Positions 57,643 to 64,000 of a stretch of 64,000 nt of DNA are shown here, piece after piece. The stretch is taken from the sequence record DRR723986_1348; one strand, given 5' to 3'. The number at the start of each line of letters is the position of its first letter. Position 1 is the first letter of the stretch. The notes under the pieces were generated by a model. The model worked only from the letters and a program-made list of their open reading frames with translations. It was not told where the DNA came from and searched no databases. The position numbers and the translations under genes were made by a program.

Positions 57643-59904
57643 TTAAAGCCGATACTTCAGGCTAACATCTAACTGACGCGGCGCAATTGCCTTTCCAAAA
57701 TGCGCGCCACTGAGTGTAGGAATATCGCCGCTGCCTTCCAGCGCATGTTTGTCACCGGCATTGCGCAAAAATGCCTGCAATGACCACTGCTCGTCGTCAT
57801 CAGCGACGCGCAGGCGCAGATTATAGGTGCCAAACTCGCTTTGAAAATCTATCGGATCCTGGTCGGCCTGCAGGTACTTATCGTCTTCATATAGCACGTC
57901 GACGCCAAACAGCACGTTCACCGGCCATTCACCGAGGTCATGGAAATAATTCACGCTGAAATTTGCTTTCCACAACGGCGCATTCGCCAGCGGTCGCCCG
58001 GTTAGGTCACAAGGCGTGTCTTCACCAGCGGGACAAGGGCCATTTTCATAGTCGGTAAAACTGGCATCAAGATAGGCGACGGCGAGGTTGCCTGAAATAC
58101 CCCAGGGCGTCACGAAGGCCGACTCCAACTCGGCACCTTTGGAGATCGCCCCCGCTGCATTGGAGATGCGACTGACATTGCCTTCAAAAATAGTAAGTTG
58201 AAGGTCTTCAAATTCCGTGTAAAACGTGGCGAAGTTGAGTGAGGCCGCGCCGCCGAAGAAACGAGCTTTCGCCCCTAGCTCATAGGTCAGCGAGGACTCA
58301 GGTTCTACTTCGGTTATTTCAGCGCGAACCGCAGAACCACTGTAGCCACCGCTTTTAAACCCCGCCGCCGCGCTGCCGTAAAACGTAATATCGTCACCCG
58401 GAATCCAACTGAGCGACAACTTGGGGCTAACATCTTCATCGACGCGTTTATCGATAAGGCGATATTCCTCAGCGGTGACCAGCTGGGTAAAGATAGGGCC
58501 ATCGATATCTGTGCCGGCGGTGAACATTTGCAGCTGTTGGTCGACGTCTTTCTCTTCACGCGACACGCGAATACCACCGGTTAGCGTCCACTCCGGCGAA
58601 AAATGCCAACTTGCCTGCGCGTAAGCCGCCGTACTGAGGTTTTCCTGGTAGCCGTCAATCAACAGTCTCTCTCCCGGCCCACCGCCAATCACTGAGGCCA
58701 AAATGGGGTCGAGACTCGCCAGCAGTCCACTGGTTGCCGATAGCCCCGTTAACAAATCCTCAGGATTCGGCGCGGCATCGATAATCACGCGAATACGGGT
58801 ATCACTGGTGGCGGCGTAAATACCCGCCACGTAATCAAACTTGCCGTCAAACATGCCCAGCGGAGAGACAATGCGCAGCTCGCTGCTCAGCTGTTCATAA
58901 TCCTCAGCGTTCAAAAAATACAGCAGAGGAATGGGTGAAAAATCCAAGTCGCTATTGGATTCCTCTGCGATAGTGGTCAGCGAATTTATCCAGGCAAATT
59001 CATGCCCCCACAGCTGGGCGTTGAACCGGATATCGTATTTATTGCCATTTTGGTAAGTCTCAGCAGGATAGTCCTGCGAGCTCAACTCATTGGAGGGGTC
59101 CAATTCAACACGCGGGTCATAGAACTGCATCAGCTGAAACTGCTCGGGCGTTGCGGTTTGCACCTGAAAGCTACCGAGACGAAACTCCTGATTGGTATCG
59201 GCCGCGGCGAAGGTAACATCCAGCCAGTCGGCAATATCCCAGCTCAGCTGCACGCGACCAATACGCGCATCGACACTGCCCTCATCGCGATCCAGCGTGG
59301 TGTTGTACACGGCGCCATCGCGCTGGTTAATTAAACCAGAGGCGCGTAAGGCCAGCCTGTCGTTAATAGGAATGTTCGCGGTTACGCTGTATTTATCGAG
59401 GTCTTCTTCGCCGGTTACCAGCTCTCCTGAGAATTCCAACTCCTGGCTGGGCTGGTTGGAGCGGATACTGATCGCACCTGAGATCGTATTTTTACCAAAT
59501 AGTGTGCCCTGGGGGCCTCGCAGAATTTCCACTGAGGCCACATCGAGAAAGGCCGCATCAAGAAACGCCAAGCGGCCGAGGTAGACCCCATCCAAAAACA
59601 GGCCAGCCGATTGTTCAAAGCCTTTATCAAAGGGCGAGCCCAAGCCCCGCACCTGCAGGCTGGTAAAAGGCGCATGACTAAAAACGCTGAGATTAGGCGT
59701 GAAGTTGGAGATGTCTTCCATATTGCCAATATTGGCATCCGCCATCATTTCCGCCGACATCGCCACCACCGATATCGGCACCTCCTGGAGGCTTTCTTCA
59801 CGTTTTTGCGCGGTAATGACGATCTCTTCGAGCACCGGTGAGCGCGCCATCAAGTCTGTGCTCAACAGACAAAATACACTAGCAAGCAATCGCTTCTTCA
59901 TCAT
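57643..59904 (-). CDS. TonB-dependent outer membrane receptor
   Basis: Signal peptide, LEEIVITAQKREE, ILRGPQGTLFGKN and GFKSGG motifs. Confidence 0.93.
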   Translation of the reverse strand: MMKKRLLASVFCLLSTDLMARSPVLEEIVITAQKREESLQEVPISVVAMSAEMMADANIGNMEDISNFTPNLSVFSHAPFTSLQVRGLGSPFDKGFEQSAGLFLDGVYLGRLAFLDAAFLDVASVEILRGPQGTLFGKNTISGAISIRSNQPSQELEFSGELVTGEEDLDKYSVTANIPINDRLALRASGLINQRDGAVYNTTLDRDEGSVDARIGRVQLSWDIADWLDVTFAAADTNQEFRLGSFQVQTATPEQFQLMQFYDPRVELDPSNELSSQDYPAETYQNGNKYDIRFNAQLWGHEFAWINSLTTIAEESNSDLDFSPIPLLYFLNAEDYEQLSSELRIVSPLGMFDGKFDYVAGIYAATSDTRIRVIIDAAPNPEDLLTGLSATSGLLASLDPILASVIGGGPGERLLIDGYQENLSTAAYAQASWHFSPEWTLTGGIRVSREEKDVDQQLQMFTAGTDIDGPIFTQLVTAEEYRLIDKRVDEDVSPKLSLSWIPGDDITFYGSAAAGFKSGGYSGSAVRAEITEVEPESSLTYELGAKARFFGGAASLNFATFYTEFEDLQLTIFEGNVSRISNAAGAISKGAELESAFVTPWGISGNLAVAYLDASFTDYENGPCPAGEDTPCDLTGRPLANAPLWKANFSVNYFHDLGEWPVNVLFGVDVLYEDDKYLQADQDPIDFQSEFGTYNLRLRVADDDEQWSLQAFLRNAGDKHALEGSGDIPTLSGAHFGKAIAPRQLDVSLKYRL

Positions 59905-59923
59905 TTATCCACTGGCCTCAGTC

Positions 59924-60808
59924 TTATCGCGCTGGCGGGCGCATCACCAATACCGGTGTATTGGCTTTGTATTGTTCATAGTCCACTTGACCACCCCACT
60001 TCTCGTCGGCGCGTTTCTCAAGCAGCGGTACGCCGCTAATACGCGTGAGCAGCACCACGACAAACAACGGCGAAATCATCGTCACCCACTGCCAGCCCTG
60101 CAAACTGGGAATCGCCACAATCGCGACACCCAGCCAGAGCACAATCTCGCCGAAGTAATTGGGGTGGCGCGACCACCGCCACAGGCCAATATTTATAAAT
60201 TTACCGGCGTTCTCTGCTTGCTGGTTAAAACGGGTTTTCTGCGCGTCGGCGATCGCTTCTATCGACAAGCCCGCCAGCCACACCAAGCCACCAGCAATCG
60301 CCCAACTATCGATGTCAGGCGCTCGCGAGCTGGTGATCGCCGCGAGGGCTGCCGCCAGAGTGACGAACACCCAAAGTCCCTGCAGCGTCCAGGTAACCAA
60401 GAAGCGAGACCAAATAGGTTTAATTTCATCGAAGCGGCCATCTTTACCCGCACGTTTTACTCGGCGAAATAAGAAAGGCCCGAGGCGCAATGCCCAAATG
60501 AATACCATTGCACTGAGCAGTATCGACCGGGGAGCGGCCTCTGCCAATGAGGCCGACGACGCCAGCAGCGCAAGCGCAATAACAGCCAGGTAGGTAAGAC
60601 TGCCGGTAAGGTCGTAGTAGTGCTCGGTTTGGAAAATATACGATGGAACAAAAATCAGCCACTGCACGAAAAACGCCAACCCCGCGCAGGCCAACATCAG
60701 CGGAACACCGGCAACCTCCAGGCCACCATCGCCGCCAGCAAGGGCAATTGCCACGGCAATTAGCACCGACACCAGGATCACCGCCAGCGCAATTAATTTC
60801 TTCTTCAT
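59924..60808 (-). CDS. DUF1295 (steroid 5-alpha-reductase-like) membrane protein
   Basis: YYDLTGS, DGRFDEIK, EAIADAQK, GLWRWSRHPNYFGE and SGVPLLE motifs. Confidence 0.88.
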   Translation of the reverse strand: MKKKLIALAVILVSVLIAVAIALAGGDGGLEVAGVPLMLACAGLAFFVQWLIFVPSYIFQTEHYYDLTGSLTYLAVIALALLASSASLAEAAPRSILLSAMVFIWALRLGPFLFRRVKRAGKDGRFDEIKPIWSRFLVTWTLQGLWVFVTLAAALAAITSSRAPDIDSWAIAGGLVWLAGLSIEAIADAQKTRFNQQAENAGKFINIGLWRWSRHPNYFGEIVLWLGVAIVAIPSLQGWQWVTMISPLFVVVLLTRISGVPLLEKRADEKWGGQVDYEQYKANTPVLVMRPPAR

Positions 60809-61168
60809 GGAGCATCTCCTTCAGCTATCCACCGGCTGAGCACCAGACGTTAACGACATGCATACTTCTATGATGAACGATTAAGCTGCCTGCTCCTGGC
60901 AGTGACTACGCTGCCAAATGACGCTGCCGAAACATCGCGGTTCAATGGGATATTGAGCAGCTTACCCGTGGGCACAGGCGCACACCGAGCGACCAATTCT
61001 CCTGACACCTCGACTTTTATTCTTCGTCATTATTTCTGAAGCAAGGCTCGCACATCATTTGCCAGCGAACCGGCAAATGCAAGTAAGTTACTCAATGCAA
61101 GATGCGTGCATTAGGTAAGCCAGCCAAAGAAGGTCTACGTACGCAGCGATAAAATGGATGCGTCGCGC

Positions 61169-62146
61169 CTAGGGAATAAGCCGATAAAGAGACAGCGCAT
61201 TGCCGTAGGGCAAGGGGTTAGGAATGAGTAAGCCTTTCTCACTGACGAGTATGTCTGTCGGCTTAAAAAGCGGGGGGCGACCCAGGCGTAACTGGCTGGG
61301 GCTATCAAAGCTGAGAGGCTCGCTGCGACTAAGCAAGTCGCCGTCCTGACTGACCAGCGCGACAGCGCCCTCACTGAAAAAACTGAGCAACAGTGCATCG
61401 CCTGCGACACTCAAGTCGTCGGGAATGCTGGTGAACTGAAACAGCTCTTCCGGCTCGCCGGCGGAGCCATCAGCGGCAATGTCTACCCGCAGTAGCACAC
61501 CGAGTGCTGGCGGCAGTAGTCGGCTTGCCGTAATAAACAAACTGCGCCCGACACTCGCAATACCATTGGGTTGATAGCCTGTTAGCGAGATCCAGTCGCT
61601 CTGCTCAACAACCTGCATGGCATCACTGGCGGAAAACCGAACCCTAACCACCTTGGGGTCAGGCAGCGTCAAACCCAGTTCAAGCGGCCCGTTAACAACA
61701 TATAGCTCCCCACTCGGCCCGGCAGCCAAGCCATTGGGCATAGTCAGACCGAGCGGATGGATAAGAGAAAACTCAGGGGCTTCGGTAAGCCGCGCGGCCC
61801 ACAATCCGCCGTCGTCGAATACGTTGACATAGAGCGTGTCGCCACGCTGAGCCATACCACCAAAACCACTGCCGCCGTCTGAACCCACCGAACGAGGCAG
61901 CGCGCGAAACTCATCAGACTCTTTTACCACTTCATAGATATTGGCGTTACCCGTGACAAACAAACGGCCACCGTCGGTAAAAAACACATTCTCCGCGCCG
62001 GGAATCTCCAATATACGCTGCTTGCTGCGGCATTGTGCCGTGACACAGCTCGGCGTGAACGTCGTGTTTGCGCTGCCACTGCCAGTACTACTGTCATTAC
62101 AGGCGGTCATCATTAGCAAACTTAACAGCAAGAGTGCGTTTTTCAT
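61169..62146 (-). CDS. Lipoprotein, probable beta-propeller (SMP-30/gluconolactonase-like)
   Basis: Lipobox MTAC; repeated PNG/PDD blade motifs (AEN, MPNG, QPNG, IPDD); ATG overlaps the regulator stop. Confidence 0.6.
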   Translation of the reverse strand: MKNALLLLSLLMMTACNDSSTGSGSANTTFTPSCVTAQCRSKQRILEIPGAENVFFTDGGRLFVTGNANIYEVVKESDEFRALPRSVGSDGGSGFGGMAQRGDTLYVNVFDDGGLWAARLTEAPEFSLIHPLGLTMPNGLAAGPSGELYVVNGPLELGLTLPDPKVVRVRFSASDAMQVVEQSDWISLTGYQPNGIASVGRSLFITASRLLPPALGVLLRVDIAADGSAGEPEELFQFTSIPDDLSVAGDALLLSFFSEGAVALVSQDGDLLSRSEPLSFDSPSQLRLGRPPLFKPTDILVSEKGLLIPNPLPYGNALSLYRLIP

Positions 62147-63117
62147 GCGGGCAGCTCCCCTTCCGTTTCTTGCGCAGCGGGGCTGCTGGCGGCAAATTGC
62201 ACATCCTGTTGCTCGGCAAGCATCTCGCAACTGCCGCACTGCACCTCAATTTTCAGGGCCTGCCCACAAGATTTATGCGTTAGCGCCAGAACCTCGCCCT
62301 GTGGCCGCCAGTCCACCGCCCACTGCCGCAAGGCAATGATGATTGGATACAACGACAAGCCTTTTTTGCTCAGTTGGTACTCATAGCGCGGCGGATTGGT
62401 CTGGTAACTTTTGCGCTCAAACACATTCACTGCAGACAACAGGTTGAGGCGGCCCGTTAATATGTTCGATGCAATACCTAACTGCTTCAGAAAACCGTCG
62501 TAGCGGCGCGTGCCGAAAAACGCACAAATCAGTATGAGTAAGGTCCAGCGATCGCCGATCAGATCACTAATCCCCGCCATGGCCAGATCCTCTTCACCGG
62601 TAGACTGAGAAACCCGCACACGCCGTTGACCGCTGAGCGACTTAATCGCGGCGATTTGTTGCTCGGTATCTCGCGCCACGGTGGGCAAAGCCATTGAGCC
62701 CAGGGTTATTGGCTCATGGCAGTGTCCGCACACAGCAACGGGGTGCATCGGCTGCCCGCAATGCGTATGCAGCAATGTGTAAGGCAGGGCATCGCGATAC
62801 GCAGCCCCGCCCCACTCCAACTCCCATTGCCATGCCAATAGTGAAACGGGAAACAACGCCCGGCCTTTCTCGCTCAGGCGGTATTCAAAGCGGCTGGAGC
62901 CTTCGCCGTAGGCGTGCTTTTGCAGCACACCCTCTGCAACAAGGGCATTGAGCCGGCGACTCAGGGTCGCTCGGCTGGCTCCGGTGTGACGCCGAAACTC
63001 TTCAAACCGCTGACGCCCCAAAAAGGCATCGCGCAGGATCAACAACGACCAGCGGTCGCCGATCACATCCAAACCCTGCGCAATACTACTGTTAACAACT
63101 AAGTGATTGATATTCAT
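62143..63117 (-). CDS. Tandem double HxlR-family winged-helix regulator
   Basis: Two IGDRW[ST]LLIL...YxLSxKG repeats, each followed by HxxCG...CxxC; ATG 63117. Confidence 0.85.
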   Translation of the reverse strand: MNINHLVVNSSIAQGLDVIGDRWSLLILRDAFLGRQRFEEFRRHTGASRATLSRRLNALVAEGVLQKHAYGEGSSRFEYRLSEKGRALFPVSLLAWQWELEWGGAAYRDALPYTLLHTHCGQPMHPVAVCGHCHEPITLGSMALPTVARDTEQQIAAIKSLSGQRRVRVSQSTGEEDLAMAGISDLIGDRWTLLILICAFFGTRRYDGFLKQLGIASNILTGRLNLLSAVNVFERKSYQTNPPRYEYQLSKKGLSLYPIIIALRQWAVDWRPQGEVLALTHKSCGQALKIEVQCGSCEMLAEQQDVQFAASSPAAQETEGELPA

Positions 63118-63181
63118 AGATTCTCTATACCCGAGAAGCAGCAGTATAGGGCCAAAGCCACCGTCGCAACAGTCGAAAGCA

Positions 63182-63209
63182 TTGACAGCACAAATTTCAG
63201 TATCATAAT
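63182..63209 (+). promoter_or_regulatory. sigma70-type promoter for the carotenoid oxygenase gene
   Basis: TTGACA-16 bp-CATAAT. Confidence 0.6.
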
Positions 63210-63258
63210 GCAACCCACTATATCGATTGATTTGGCAAGCCCAACAAGGAATACCGCT

Positions 63259-64000
63259 GTGACGATAAGCTATAAAAACACCGTCAAACACACGCTCAAA
63301 CCGAGCCTACACCCCTACCTCAACGGTGCCTGGACACCCAACTTTGACGAACTCACAGCCACCGACCTTGAGGTGATTGGCACCATTCCCAGCGATATCG
63401 ACGGCGTTTATATTCGAAATACCGAGAATCCCGTCCACGAAGCTATCGGCCATTATCACCCCTTTGACGGCGACGGCATGCTGCACGCGATGGTGTTTAA
63501 AGACGGGAAAGCTGAGTACAGAAATCGCTTCGTTCGCACCAAAGGCTTTGACGCGGAACAAGAAGCTGGCGAGGCCATATGGGCGGGCATTGCCAATAAC
63601 CCGAAGAAATCCAAACGCCCTGGCTGGGGCGCCCAGGGCTATCTAAAAGATGCCTCATCGACGGATGTTGTGGTTCATGCCGGCCAGGTTCTATCCACAT
63701 TTTGGCAATGCGGCGACGGCTACCGCCTCGACCCTTTTACCCTGGAACAATACGGTGCAGAGCGATGGACGCCGGTGGATGGCATTTCCGCCCACCCAAA
63801 AGTGGACGAGCGCAGTGGCGAAATGCTGTTTTTTAATTACTCCACCTATCCGCCTTATCAACACTACGGCGTTGTGGACAGCAACAACAAGTTGGTGCAT
63901 TACACACCTGTACCAACACCGGGGCCGCGCCTTCCACACGACATGGCGTTCACGGAGAACTACTCCATCCTGGTCGACCTGCCGATGTTCTGGAATCCCA
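63259..64000 (+). CDS. Carotenoid/lignostilbene cleavage oxygenase (RPE65 family), 3'-truncated by window; absent from ORF track
   Basis: Manual translation from GTG 63259 (AAGGA SD): HPYLNGAW.P, G.IP.DIDGVYIRN, HPFDGDGM, YRNRFVRT, SAHPK.D and PHDMA. Confidence 0.92.
   Translation, partial: MTISYKNTVKHTLKPSLHPYLNGAWTPNFDELTATDLEVIGTIPSDIDGVYIRNTENPVHEAIGHYHPFDGDGMLHAMVFKDGKAEYRNRFVRTKGFDAEQEAGEAIWAGIANNPKKSKRPGWGAQGYLKDASSTDVVVHAGQVLSTFWQCGDGYRLDPFTLEQYGAERWTPVDGISAHPKVDERSGEMLFFNYSTYPPYQHYGVVDSNNKLVHYTPVPTPGPRLPHDMAFTENYSILVDLPMFWNP

Noticed and set aside
59699-60472. 257-aa plus-strand ORF
   Set aside because: Antisense shadow of DUF1295 and the TonB receptor; no protein-like motifs
60868-61030. 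Short minus-strand ORFs upstream of DUF1295
   Set aside because: Poor start context and no recognisable protein features; more likely promoter or leader sequence
1-64000. CRISPR arrays, tRNA/rRNA genes, IS elements, prophage or integrase
   Set aside because: None seen; intergenic gaps are short with no regularly spaced repeats. Short RNAs could be missed by eye, and tRNAscan-SE or Infernal would settle this

Overview
64 kb of chromosomal DNA from a Gammaproteobacterium. Gene content suggests a marine Cellvibrionales/Spongiibacteraceae-like organism (inference). I saw no rRNA, tRNA, CRISPR array, transposase or integrase. In order, the window holds: (1) the end of a leucine/isovalerate operon (liuD, liuE); (2) a complete cbb3 oxidase locus (ccoNOQP, ccoGHIS, DsbD_2) plus Yip1, fnr, hemN and a hemerythrin gene, with three FNR/ANR boxes; (3) a TetR-linked oxidative cluster (Rieske oxygenase, ADC-like protein, SDR, P450); (4) nhaC; (5) a three-gene cluster of a single-module C-A(Gly)-T-TE NRPS, a family-1 glycosyltransferase and a PPTase, matching the layout of the Alcanivorax glycine-glucolipid biosurfactant genes and flanked by a sulfotransferase, a PM20D1-like M20 hydrolase and a TonB receptor; (6) a molybdoenzyme, an orphan ~580-610 aa protein, several lipoprotein hydrolases, a queuosine-precursor transporter and ybiT; (7) a haem uptake locus with a Fur box; (8) a Gre/Rnk-like gene with a structured leader and a small basic ORF; (9) a second TonB receptor, DUF1295, a tandem-HxlR regulator and a carotenoid oxygenase cut by the window end. 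The best candidate for new biology is the glycine-lipid NRPS/glycosyltransferase cluster and its neighbours. All calls come from reading motifs by eye; no database search was run.
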